From Paraphysomonas bandaiensis (taxonomy: Eukaryota; Protista; Chrysophyceae): a stretch of 64,000 bases of DNA. The stretch is taken from positions 186,001 through 250,000 of the forward strand of contig CBFFRP010000296.1 in assembly GCA_965644295.1 (NCBI GenBank), in the 5' to 3' direction. Made by a program: the position numbers and the translations under genes. Below the pieces are notes generated by a model. That model saw only the letters and a program-made list of their open reading frames with translations, was not told the origin of the DNA and did no database searches. Positions 38,925 to 51,769 of the stretch are shown piece by piece. Numbering within the stretch: position 1 is the first letter of the stretch; every line of letters starts with the position of its first letter.

Positions 38925-39510
38925 AGTGTGATCATGATAAATGTAAACAGTTGAAGATGACAGAGAGGCTTCTTATTGCCTTAATTAGCATCATCATCAC
39001 ATTTATATACAGCAGGCTTAACCTCTGCAAGTGCACCTTATCGAAGGATGTGTGTATGATATGAGACACACAATATCCTGAGAAGCATGATATGGCTCCA
39101 ACCCTGAAAGAACTGGGTGCCACTGCTGCTAACCACCTATATAGCATCAGATATGGTACTTAAACTCTCCTGTAATATTCTTGAAGTTGTTTCGAAGTCC
39201 TGGATATGAAGACAGATCATTTGCACTGACATCGTTGTGATCTTCTACAGCAGTCGAAGGATGGAATATAACCTGGAGTGTTAGATGATCTGCTCTTGAT
39301 ATTTGGCTCATGATTGTGGTTTCTCTATAATTGTGTACTATAATAAAATCACGTACATTCGACTGTCATTATCATAATGAAGATAGAAGTGAGCTTCTGT
39401 TCAACCGAATATTGAAGTTGAAGGTCTATATTTGCCCGGTGCTGATATGAGCGCCCTGTTGAGCCCAAATCAGGTCAAAAAAAAGCATTTTTTAGAGACA
39501 AAATGGGGAT
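38925..39510 (-). repeat. Repeat family R1, copy 2
   Basis: Inverted match to 27480-28610; direct match to 40490-40995. Confidence 0.75.
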
Positions 39511-39649
39511 AATCACCACATAACTCAACTACTATTATAACATCGAACACTTATGATAACTATTTGCAACGAAGAACACAATTCATGTTCAATATTACAA
39601 AATCGCACTTTTAGAGTACTAGTTGCTGCATTTTTATTGGGTTTCATCA

Positions 39650-40420
39650 AATTGAGAAACGCTCATTTTACACTAGATCACAGAGAGAATTTGTCGTAAG
39701 ACTAGATAGATTTATTAATATCGTTTACACGAAGTTGTGATAACCAACACTAACTCATTATAATCCCTGCATAATATCCTACATATGCGAACCTCTCGTT
39801 ACTGAACATATCTTGAACGATCAAACTATTTCAGTTTCTCAATATCATCACAGCATTTGTACATCACTATATTTCACTGTATTCTCGTACATTGTCTTGA
39901 AGTTACATACTGAATATACTAGAATAAGATCCGTATTCTAATACTCCCACTCAATGTAGAATGCAGTGAGATAAAACAACAGTGATCACAATAATCTGAT
40001 AATGCTATGACTATCTAGTCCCATAGGTAAAAACAGATGTGAAATCTTTTAAAGATACATATATATCTAGCAGTCAACTAGATATACAGTTATGTGGGAT
40101 TTTCACCCACTAAAACACACCTTTAACCTCTAGAAACGCTCATTTTACACTAGATCACAGAGAGAATTTGTCGTAAGACTAGATAGATTTATTAATATCG
40201 TTTACACGAAGTTGTGATAACCAACACTAACTCATTATAATCCCTGCATAATATCCTACATATGCGAACCTCTCGTTACTGAACATATCTTGAACGATCA
40301 AACTATTTCAGTTTCTCAATATCATCACAGCATTTGTACATCACTATATTTCACTGTATTCTCGTACATTGTCTTGAAGTGACATACTGAATATACTAGA
40401 ATAAGATCCATATTCTAATA
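39650..40420 (-). mobile_element. TRIM-like miniature LTR retroelement (771 bp)
   Basis: Two ~290-bp direct repeats (39655-39943, 40132-40420) with 2 visible substitutions; PPT ctcccactcaat at 39944 identical to that of the Copia; 5-bp TSD CATCA (39645-39649, 40421-40425). Confidence 0.8.
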
Positions 40421-40489
40421 CATCATTATGTTGTAACCTCTACTAGATGTTACTACCGATCGAGCTCATAAGTGTGAAATTCGTTCATA

Positions 40490-40995
40490 AGTGTGATGAT
40501 GAATGTGAACAGTTTTTGTTGCACGAAAGGCTTCTTATTGCCTTAATTAGCATTATCATCATCACATTTAAATACAATAGGCTTAACCTCTGCTAGTGCA
40601 CCTGATTGAATGGTGTGAGTAATAATGATATGAGGTACACAATATCCACATAAGCACAATATGCGCCCCAAACCTTGAAAGAGCTGGGTGCTACTGCCCT
40701 AAACTACCTATACAGCATCAGATATGGCACTTAAACTCTCTCCTAAAATAATCTTGATGTTGTTTCGAAGTTTCGAAATCCTGGTTATGACGGTACGTCC
40801 CTTGCATTGACGACATTATGATCTTCTATCTTCTACAGCAGACGAAGGATGGAATACAACTTGGAGTGATTGATCAGCTTTGTCTACAATTGTGTACTAT
40901 AATGAAATCACATACATATTATGACTGTCAATATCGTAATAAAGATAGAAGTGAGCTTCTGTTGAACCGAATATTGAATTTCAATGTCTACATTT
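40490..40995 (-). repeat. Repeat family R1, copy 3
   Basis: Direct match to 38925-39430. Confidence 0.75.
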
Positions 40996-41025
40996 AAAGC
41001 TCCCTTGAAACCAAATCAGCTATTC

Positions 41026-41385
41026 GTGTGTATGGCCGTATTTCAGATTGGGATGTTTCAAATGCAACCGATATGAGTCACATGTGAGAAGGATGTAAAT
41101 ATTTTAATGAAGATCTATCAAGATGGGATGCATCAAATGTTACTGATATGAGTCGCATGTTTCAACACTGTGATATCTTTAACTGAAACATCCCCATTTG
41201 AAATGTCGCAATTAAATGAATCACAAGCAGCAACATATCACTTATATCCGTAACACTGAAACATCCCATCGAAGGGTCGCCATTAAAATAGTTACATCCG
41301 GCGAAGAAGATACTCACATCTGTGTCACATCAGCAACATATGAACCACCCCATATTGAAAAGTCACTGTTGAATGATGCATATGT
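41026..41385. pseudogene. DUF285/BspA-type repeat pseudogene fragments on both strands
   Basis: + strand [43 protein letters not shown]; - strand fragments SFNSDFSIW, GCNYFNGD, SFNCDISNGDVS; stops and frameshifts. Confidence 0.75.
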
Positions 41386-41438
41386 TGTATACATACACTG
41401 GACTGGACATCCAGAAACATGAAAATAAGCATTTTATG

Positions 41439-42083
41439 TTAAATTTAATGAAAAAATCAATGAAAAATTTTTGAGTACCTGCTAAACATCGAAATAATCA
41501 CACACAAGAAGACAGGCAGCAGGGACAGCGGGGCGGTTGTGCAATTTCATGAAAAAATGAGTTGAAAACAACAATCCAGTAGATCCCCAAACTAGAGAAT
41601 CAATTTCACAATATATTACTGACAACTATAGTTAAAAACAGAAGTATTAAACACGCTGTTAAATTATGGAAACAAAAAACGAACAAGAAGCTATGAGTGT
41701 ATGGCCATATCTCAGATTGGGATGTTTCAAATGCAACCGATATGAGTCGCATGTTTGAAGGATGTAACTATTTTACTGAAGATCTTTCAGGATGGAATGT
41801 TTCTAATGTCACTGATAGGAGTCGCATGCGTGAACACTGTGGCATCTCTAACTGAAACACCCCCATCAGTGTGTCGCAATTAAATGAATCACAAGCAGAA
41901 GCATCTCACATCTCGCTTATATCCGTAACACTGAAGCATCCCATCTAAGGGTCGTCATTAAAATACTTACACCCGGCGATGATAATACTCACATCTCTCG
42001 CATCAGCAACATATGAACACTCCTGTTGATACATACACACACACATACACATACACTGGACTGGGCTGGACATACAGAAACAT
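41439..42083. repeat. Second copy of segment A plus the DUF285 pseudogene block
   Basis: 41439-41690 matches 38131-38377; 41690-42083 matches 41018-41422. Confidence 0.85.
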
Positions 42084-42088
42084 GGAAA

Positions 42089-42224
42089 TCTGTCTGTGGG
42101 AATAAGTCGATCCAGCGAAAAAATCCAGGCTTTTTTGATGCATGTTGTTTTTTGACGAATATATTTCAGAGAAATAACGAAAAAGGTCGATTTTTTGCTG
42201 GATCGACTTATTCCCACAGACGGA
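42089..42224. mobile_element. ~135-bp MITE
   Basis: ~35-bp TIR gtctgtgggaataagtcgatccagc..aaaaaatc; GGAAATC is repeated at both flanks. Confidence 0.75.
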
Positions 42225-42392
42225 AATCATACGGGTGACGTAGGAGCAGAATTTCTATGTCCTCCAAAAAATATCCAGCAGTGTGTACGTATATACAGTA
42301 TAGCAGTACAGCAGTAGATATGTACAGCAGTATATCATGATGCAGAGATATGCAGACAGTCATTGACAACCCAGCTAACCTGATAACTCACC

Positions 42393-43557
42393 ATGCCACC
42401 CATTGTGATCATCGGAGGGGGTATACACGGAGCAAGTATCGCGTATTATCTGAGTGAGCGAGGCGAGAGGTGTCGTGTGGTGGATATGAGTGGAGTAGGA
42501 GCAGCAGCATCAGGGAAGAGTGGAGGCTTCCTTGCCCGGGTATAAGAGTAGGAATACACCTGCAGTGCCCCTGTAACACACATGTATCTTAATGTAGAGT
42601 TGGGGAAGTGGGCTGACAGAGCAGTTGCATGAGGTGTCATTCGATATGCATGCGATGCTTGCTGAGAAACTCGGCCTGAGTTCTTATCGAAAGATACGCA
42701 CATTGTCGGTGGATGGATCCAAGAAAGGACACACGTCCGCTGCATGGCTAGATGGGATGGTTACAAGTAGTCTAATGGATGATAACACCGCACAAGTGAC
42801 CTCGATGGAGCTGACTTCTCGTTTAATGGAGGAAGCTGTCGCTGGTGGGGCAGAGTTGCAAATAGGCCGCGTAGAAGGGCTTGTAATAGAGGAGGGAAAG
42901 GTTAAGGGTGTGAGGGTCCAAGGCAGGGATACGATATCTGCGGAAATCGTTGTGCTTGCAATGGGTCCTTGGACCGGTCCCCTTGCGGAAGATTGGCTGG
43001 GTATAAATCTTCCCATGGTAGGCATAAAGTCAACATCCTTCCTTTTTCAAGGGTGCAATACTATTGCTGAGGACCCCTATGCATGCTTTTGCGAAGAAGA
43101 CAGAAATGGTTGTCACCTGGAGCTCTATCCGCGCCCTAACGGCGACCTATACGTATGTGGATGCGGAGGCTCAGATCATGTACGTGGAGACCGCTTGCGA
43201 GAGGGTGGAGATTGTGAGAACCCTGAGAAAATTCTACCTAATATTGATCGCATAAAAGCCGCTCAAAAATCTCTCCATACAATAGTAACAGCAATACCTG
43301 CCGCCCCTGATATATCACAAGCGTGTATGCGGCCATGCACTCCCGATGGTCTTCCTGTAATGGGAAAAGTGCCTGGTATTGAAGGAGTATATTTGTCCAC
43401 TGGTCACAACTGCTGGGGAATTCTGTGGGCACCGGCAAGTGGTCTTGCAATGACTGAGCTTATACTTGACGGGAGAAGTTCTACAATAGACTTGACCCCG
43501 TTTTCGCCGAATCGCTTTAATACTTCTACAGGGAGAGGGAAGAGAGGTCGAAATTAA
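42393..43557 (+). CDS. FAD-dependent oxidoreductase, DAO/glycine-oxidase family (TDA3-like)
   Basis: MPPIVIIGGGIHG Rossmann motif, ASGKSGGFLA, one intron, ELYPRP, QACMRPCTPDGLPVMG, GHNCWGILWAP. Confidence 0.9.
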
Positions 43558-44091
43558 GTAGCAGTGTATTTTTGTGTCGTATAATATCTTGTTAATTAAG
43601 CTATCATGTAAATAGACACAACCATGCAATGCAACCATACACTCCAACCGTACATTTTCTAATTTAGTTATTATGCCATCTACTAGTGTAGTGATAATGA
43701 TAGCATCAAAAGGTGTATCACCATTCACATACCACATACTATTCGCTAGCTGGTGGCTCACAGCTCACAGAACCTGCAATAATTAATGCAATTCCAACGC
43801 CTATTGATAATAATAAGACTTTCAATGCATATATTATATACATATCACCCCAGTCAAGGAAGATATTTCGGAGTTCCTTGCACCATTACAGTTTTGCTAT
43901 ACCACTACAGCTTTGTTTGACTGGATACAACGTGGGATGCGCTAAAGCTTGCTTAAATATGCGATATCAATTTAAATGTCAGATAAAGAGGAAACGATGT
44001 TATGTTTATGACTATCCAACACGTGACTTGTACTCTCTGCGCGACTCCCTGCGCACATACCGATCAACACAGACTGCAAGGCCGTATGCCT

Positions 44092-44171
44092 CCGCACTGA
44101 CGAGGCACTTTCCACCAGACGTCGGGCCCTAGGACATCGCGCCAAAGGTTTACTGCTCGAAAGCATTGCGG
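44092..44171 (+). ncRNA. Degenerate minimal type-I hammerhead ribozyme motif (Penelope-type)
   Basis: ccgca-CTGACGA-G(gca..long stem II..tgct)C-GAAA-gc-at-tgcgg, followed by AATAAA; the U16.1 position is A. Confidence 0.5.
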
Positions 44172-44249
44172 TAAATAAAGCTTGTAAAAGGAATGTAGTC
44201 TGGGTCCGATCACACCCTGAACGGCGTACCCCACTGATGAATCTGAATG

Positions 44250-45660
44250 GACATAAAAATATGAAGACAAAGGTTTACATTGCAGACGCAATAGCCGGAG
44301 AGGACTGGCTTGAAGTTGACCGACTACTGGAACGACAAAATTACACTGTCTGTAACATCGAAGTGGACCAAGCCATTGAACGAATAGGCACGGCGGTTTT
44401 TTTATGGCACTGGCGCCTATATCCGGGGAACGACGGCCGCTTCATACAAGCCCCCTCTACTCACGGACATCCAATCCCTCCGCAGCCAACGGGCGCTGGA
44501 GACCTACACTGCACTTCGAGATCAACGCTACGGTCACAATTCCGACCTGGCACCTGGATATTGGACCGACAGCGGGGCACTACTTCCGCGCAAACTGGCA
44601 CAAGCAGAGGGTGGTCCATCAAAGGATAAAGATAGTTCACACCTACGCCAGAGAGTGCTCAATGCAGCATTGACATGGGACAAATCTTTCAGCATAGGGA
44701 GAAACCGGGCTAAAAAACCAAACACGGTCTCGACCTGGCCAAAGCCGCATGTTCTGACTGCGGCGTTCGACTAGAGACTCACTCAAGCACATGTGTCTAG
44801 ACTGCACAAATGACACCATCACTCAGATACGGGAGACTGCCTTTCACAGCCACAAAAACGCGCTTCAAGAGGTACTGAGAGATCAGGATGTACCCCACTG
44901 GACCACCAATGCGCTACAGCGGCTCTCCAGCAGGGCCTGGAACCCCTCCTTCCCGCAGGTGGAGAGATTCTGGACAGCACTGCACAACTCGAGATGTTTT
45001 TTGGAGATTACATCCATGAGTCCCTGACAACTCAAGGTCTGCGCAGCCTTGAAGCAGCGGTCATCAGTCTGCTTCTCCCGCTTTTTGCTGCAGCAAAGCT
45101 CATGATCCAAGATCGAAGTCGACGATATATTACCCTACACAAAGGACCCCCTATAGGCTACTCCCGAGACCGCGTCTAAAACAACGTAGACAGCAATGGT
45201 AACGCGGAAGGGTGCTACGATTACTAGGAGTCTGCAGAGACTGGACCACCGCCCACCGTACACACGAACCCCACCACTCAGACCCATAGGAACATATCAC
45301 CGTCCCGCATGAAACCTTCTGGTCCTCGACAACGACACCGTCTCCGGCAACTCTACCTATATGCCTGAGGCCCAAACGGTGCACTAAGACAACGCCACTT
45401 TCCGCCACACCACCCACCTCTCAACACACATCATCTAGCAGTCGGTACACTCAGGACCTTAATACAGAACCCTGTACCTCAGAGCCTGGTGGAATCTCAT
45501 CCCAAGGGGAGACCCCCGGCCAACACGCGCCAGTGAGTCCTAGGACACACGATCATGGCGAAACTCACACACAACATGAAGAACGGAAGTGGTCGCACCT
45601 TGGTGCTTGCGGCGACGCACAAGCAGCTTCTGTAGCGCTAAATAGTAGGATAATAAAATT
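44250..45660 (+). mobile_element. Degenerate 3' fragment of a non-LTR retrotransposon (LINE-like)
   Basis: Frameshifted pieces give WDKSFSIGRNRAK followed by CSDC...DSLKHMCLDC (the CCHC knuckle that follows RT in LINE ORF2); GC-richer than the flanks; bracketed by ~32-bp direct repeats at 43796 and 45727. Confidence 0.5.
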
Positions 45661-46286
45661 TGTACTGATTAGTTACGGGTAGAGGTCTAAATAGTATGTC
45701 TAGCCACTACATTGGTGCAGGTTTTTAACGCCTATTGCTAAGTAATAAAAGACTTTCAATATCCAACGCGTGATTTATACTCTTATCACTCTTTTGCCAA
45801 AATGATATATATTTTTGAGAAAACAAAGCGAAAAACAAACTTGAATAATTAATATCAACAGTTAATTAATATTGCAATAAGTAGTACTTGAGTATTAGAT
45901 TGGATACTGACTCCCCTTCACAATGACGAAATAAAATATATATAAAATACAAAGCATAGTCTATTTAATTTCTGAGAGCAATAATCCGTGATTCGTGGCG
46001 CATATCAAGCATTCGTTCATGGTAATGTCTATATTCTATATACCTAAACTGGGACGTATTTCAGTGTTAAAGCCCTACACCAATGAATCATTACTTAATG
46101 CCACAACGCCACATAGTACTACGTACTTCGCACTACAAATAAATACCACAGTGATACCAAAAACCAAGAACAACACACACAGAACACGCTAGTATACTAT
46201 CCACAATAGTACGATTCGTATTTCCACTATCACAAGAAAAAACTGCGTTTTCGATATGACTACATAAGGAAAACTCCAGATACTCA

Positions 46287-48850
46287 TCAATTCATATGGT
46301 CGTACTTACACACAATGTCACTTGGAGCAATATACCCTACGTGAAACGAATGTTGCGAGCACTCTACGTCCTTCCGCTTATCCCAGCTATCACACACTTC
46401 TGCATGTGAAGGGGGGGGTTCTTTATTAGCATCGTTATTGCCGCAATATCCAAGTTGACTATTCTCATTAGCACTAGAAGAAGTGTGCTTTGTGAGTGCT
46501 CTAGATGATGCAGAGGACTTCATTTTCGGTATTTTACCCATTCGAGAATCAAATATTAAACGTTGCACATTGGCCTGTGATTGGCGTCGCTGCTTTTGGA
46601 TCTACAAAAAATTAGAGAGACATCGCAAGAATCGAACTCAACATATTACCTTAGTGTACTCTCGTTCTGTATCTCGCAATGTGGCGCACATTTTTATGAT
46701 TTGAAATATATGCATTCCATGAGCTGCATCTGCAGGAGATTGATCTACACAAAAATGTTATGAGCACGGAGAGATACAAGGCATGGATATCTTACTTTTG
46801 TCATTTAAAATGCGCAAAGGCTCCGCGCCAGCATCGCAGAGTACTTCCACCAAATCAGAGTTCCCATTCCTTCATAGCCACATAGAGAGTGAACACAAGT
46901 AAGTTTATTCTGGGCGTAAATTACATTGCAGCAAGGTGGAGAGGCGTATTCCCTTCGTCATCTTGTGGATTAAGATCAATTTTGCTTTGAAATAATCGCT
47001 TATATATAGTAGCATTTGGGTTACTTTCCGACTCCACCCATCCGCCACAACCTCCAGTGAGCGCCCGTAGTAACGGCAGGAAATTTCTTATGACGATATA
47101 GTGAAGGGCACGACGTTTGTGTTGCCTATGTATATACAATGTTAGCAGTTCGTGAATCAATTTATTTTCCCGTACTTGTCAGCTTCATTGATATCAGACC
47201 CAAGCATACACAACCTAAATGACATTGTATTATTAGTGTAATACCGACCACACGTAGCCAGTACTGACTTCACCACAGTGTCAAGATCACCATTCATTGC
47301 AGCAGTTTTCAGAGGTGTAAAGTCTCCCACACCAGCAACACCTTCTACACCCACATTAACTTGCGATGACGAGAACTTTGATCCGTCCTGACATTCGTAT
47401 TAGTCGCACCACGGATGTTGTTCTACACACACCTTGTTCACAGCCCCAGCGAGTCGTCGCTTGTCGTTCTTGATAAGCATAACCTGCAAAGCGATGTGAG
47501 CTACACGCCACCTAGAGCGTAAACAAACTTACTTCTTCCCATTTGGATCTCCTACCACACATCCCATCAAGACACATTCCGTACTTTGCATGTTCTTCAA
47601 AACTACACCCATAGCAAAAAATCCCAGCTTCTGCGATACCTTTGCATCCTTCTTTCCTGCAATCATCGTCATATCTAGTTTTTATTCTATGCGAGCACTT
47701 ACATAATACCCGTATCAGTTTCAGCTAAACGGATTATTTGTTGCACTCGGTCATTTGACAAGCGAGGAGAAGTGTTATCAAATAGTCGTTGTACCTACAA
47801 GGAACACATAAATCTCTGATAGACTCAATCGATGTAATTCACAGCTTACATTGTAAGACCCCGGGCCTGCCTGACAAGACTGTATGAGCGGTTCATTAAA
47901 TCGATCACCATTTGAAAATCTTCCTTTGAAATTTCCACTGTGATCAGTAGCTTTAGAAGTGTATGAACTGTCGCCTACACAGGAATGAATATCACTTTCG
48001 AAAATATCAGTAGTGGCTGACCTCTTGCTTTATTTTGGTCAGGAAACCTTGAGGCTACCGAAAATACCCCCCCTTTCAGTGTCCTCATAGACGAATTTGA
48101 TCCACCATCCAACTCCCACACTGTCGGAGAGTCACAGTTCTGAGTAATAGATACCTTGTGACGTTCTCTAGACGGGCCTAAGGTCATCACTCCGCCTGGG
48201 AGTCTGCTTCCGATATCACCAGGACGAACCGCATACTGTTTCCGCTTAATGGGACTTGTGAAGGCACCTCTTATATCATTAGACAAAGCGCTACCACTTT
48301 CCGCGCGGCTGGATCCACGCTGTTTAACAGGTGAGAGGGCAATACTCTCGCTACAGCGGCTAGGAGAGTCCGTACCGAGCAATCCACTACGCAACATTAA
48401 CGAGTCCGTAGCGTCGCTGCTCTCAAGGTCTTCCATAATACTTGGAATACTGTTTATTGGTCCAATAACGTTATTATCAAACGTTTTTCTTCCAGTTGGT
48501 TCTGGTAGAAATGTACACGTTCGAGTTCGAGAGGGTTGGTAAGAATCTTGATAACGAAACGACTTCTTTCCACAATTAGTACCAGAGTTTCTAGTGCTGA
48601 GGTGTTTCTCTGTAGATGACCGAGCAGTGGCGTTTTTCTTCGTTTTTCGTTCGACTATCTTGAGATTGGATGAAAAGTCCCTCCAAGTTGATAGCTTCAC
48701 AGGATCGTTTATGAATCTGGACTCCATCCGTACCGCCTGATGCACAAGATCATCTCTCTCAGGCCTATGACACCGCTCAAAGGGGTCTACTTTCTTATCG
48801 TTCAATGATTTCACCACTTCATCGTGCAGTGTATGTGCCTCTGATGTCAT
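46287..48850 (-). CDS. Ankyrin-repeat protein with N-terminal SHIPPO/PGP-like repeat region
   Basis: Spliced exons give FSVASRF, FSNGDRF..QAGPGSYN, then TPLKTAAMNGD, INEADK, RALHY, DDEGNTPLHLAAM, LVEVLCDAGA; single-gene model inferred. Confidence 0.6.
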
Positions 48851-49398
48851 ATGCTCCTGTGTGTATGTCTACAGCTGCTCTGATACATACATTCTCATAT
48901 ACAAACTATACGCTGACACCCCTCTGAGATAGTGTTGGGGGGAGGGGAGGGGAGGTGGAGGGATGGTCAAGCAGTCTCGTGTTAAGAGCTCGCTTCCATC
49001 TCGTATATATATGTATGTATCAACCACTGTGACAGAACCTCACTGTGTACTAAATTTCCCCACTTTAGCCTTAAAATACAAGCTAAATATTATAAATAAT
49101 GGGGATTTATGGCTAAACGGTTCAGGATATCCCACATTTCCTCGTATTTTATTAGCCAATTAATTTACCTTAAACGTATCAGAATATATTTGATTGGTAG
49201 AATGTAGCATATGTTGAGCTGGGAGCAGTGCTGTCACCGGGCTGTTGATTCCATATATAAACATGTGGTTCGATAGTGGACTATATAATCCACATGATTT
49301 CCATTCCTGACATACGCACGTGATGAAGTACACGATGAGTAGTGCAGAGGTGGAGTTCACTAATCTCCGTAATCGACCCAATAGTATCATCCATTCAG

Positions 49399-50724
49399 AT
49401 GAGCTCTGTTTCTATATCAGCTGCTTTCGACAGCGGTAACATCGAAGTAGTGGACATTAAGGACGGATGCATTGCGCTTAATATCAGAGACGAGCCTTTC
49501 ACTGTCAGTGAAAACAGGCAACACAAGCAATGGTTTCACTTCAGAGCGTTGGGCGTTAAGGATGTAGAGTGCGTGTATACTATACTAAATGCACATGACT
49601 GCTCCTTCCCTGACGCCTGGCCCGGTTTCAATATATGTGCTTCGTATGACAGATCCTTCTGGTTTAGAGTACCAGGTTCTTATGAAGATGGAAAACTTAC
49701 TTGGTCCTTGAAATCAGAACACTCTGAAGTTTACTTTGCGTTGTTTGTTCCATATAGCCAGGAAAGACATCTAGACCTTATTTCCAAGGTTTCTGCTTCC
49801 GACCGAGCCATTGTACGCTCCATCGGAAAGACATTGGACGGAAGAGATCTTGACCTATTGGTCTTTGGTACTGGTCCTTTGAAAATATGGGCAATTGCCA
49901 GGCAACATCCTGGAGAGAGCATGGCTGAATGGTGGATGGATGGGTACATTAATCGCTTGCTTGACCCTGTGGATGCCGTGGTAAGGAAGCTTCTCAACGA
50001 AGCAACCTTTTATGTTATTCCAAATATGAACCCTGATGGATCTGTGCGTGGTCACTTGCGAACCAATGCTTGTGGTGCGAATCTAAACAGAGAATGGGCC
50101 AACAGTGGCATCTATAAAGCCCCTACGTTGGAACGATCACCAGAAGTTTTTCATGGTAGGTACAATCACAACTGGCGTGTTATATATACGCTGACTATAA
50201 CTGTATAGCATTGCGTGAGATTGATGCCGCGGGTTGTGATATGTTTATTGATGTTCACGGCGAGGAGGAACTCGGCATGAACTTCATTGCTGGATTAGAG
50301 GTTGTAGCAATATAATGTTCACAGTGTGACCCTTATATTAGCATGAAGGGTATACCAAGTTGGGGTCCGCGCCTTCAAGATCTTCAATCTAAGTTTCTTT
50401 CTATTCTTGTGGAGGTGCGTGTATTAGTTAATGCTATTTATCACCTGAAATGAAGTTGTTTTACATGCGCAGGTGAATCCGGATATGCAATCAAAGCCGG
50501 GGTATGACATTCCCGGTCCTGAGGGTGCGAATCTTGCAGTGTGTTCTAATCAAATTGGCCAACGCTTTGACTGTCTGTCTTTTACTTTGGAAATGCCTTT
50601 CAAAGATACTTCCTATGACCCTGAGCCCGTCCAGGAATGGAGCAACGAGAGATCACAGAGATTGGGTGCTTCATTTTTGGATTCTATTCTTCGAGTGTTG
50701 CCTGACTTGAGGTCTTCGGAATAA
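49399..50724 (+). CDS. M14 cytosolic carboxypeptidase, bacterial Nna1/CCP-like type
   Basis: FDSGNI, QWFHF, ARQHPGE, PNMNPDG, RTNACGANLNREW, SPEV, DVHG, TLEMPFKD; three introns. Confidence 0.9.
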
Positions 50725-51769
50725 TGTTTCCAGTGGTGGAGGCATGTTTGATTTGTTTAGTTAACATTGACATTGTTTAGGCATAGTATTTACAGTTATA
50801 GTAATAAACACATTACTTTTACACTTTAATACTCATGCATAAAGATGCGATGTCCTGACTGTCAAGTTCATTAACGAAACTAAACAGTGTAAAAAGCACT
50901 CTATTTTATGAGGGATGAGTTTTATAGATTATAGACGTAACAATTGCGTTGCTTGTGTAGCAGCTAAAACTGATCCAGCGTAAAGTTAGAAGTAAGTGTA
51001 CAAATAAAGAAGACAAATAGTAGAGTGATTTTATATCATTATCACTTAAATAATTCGGAGAGTTGTCACCAATAAAACGACTATCTTGCAGTCCTCTTAT
51101 TATGAGAAGAGATATATACATATTTACCTTATACTATACCTGCTGTTCATAATTCAGTGTGGCCATCTCGTTCGTATGCATGAACTATTCGTAAAGATTG
51201 ACTATCCTACAATCGATGTGTTGGTATGCTTAATATTATCAATTTGATGATCTTGGTGTCTGCACTGATTAATCCAGAGTCTGTGTCAACTGTCATGGAC
51301 TATTGAAGCGTTGTAAAGTGCAGAGGTTAGAGCCCAGTTAGTTCTTAAGGCAGCATGATGGGCTCTGCGCTGCAGTTTTGTCCCAATATTCTTGTACTTG
51401 TGTGGCATTGTAGCTAACTCCAGTTGTACAGGAAGGCCACAGGTAGAGGAGTACGTATATAGTTGTAGTGCACGGGTACAAGGAGTAGGAGTAGAACCTA
51501 CATGTACGCTATTCGTACTGCTACACTGCCGTACTGCTATATGGAGAACATGCCCTACGTGGACAGTTCTTCTGCATGCTGTACACGTACACCATATACG
51601 TATATACGTATATACATCTATATACGCTCTGTAGGTTACGGTAACTGCCTGCGCATATGTGGCATAATTCTACACACAGCAGATTCCATACTTAGATATA
51701 GAAGCCAGTGGTGCGCATGCCACAACCCACATAACTATCAAGGTGATTCTATTAATGACGTGAGATCCA

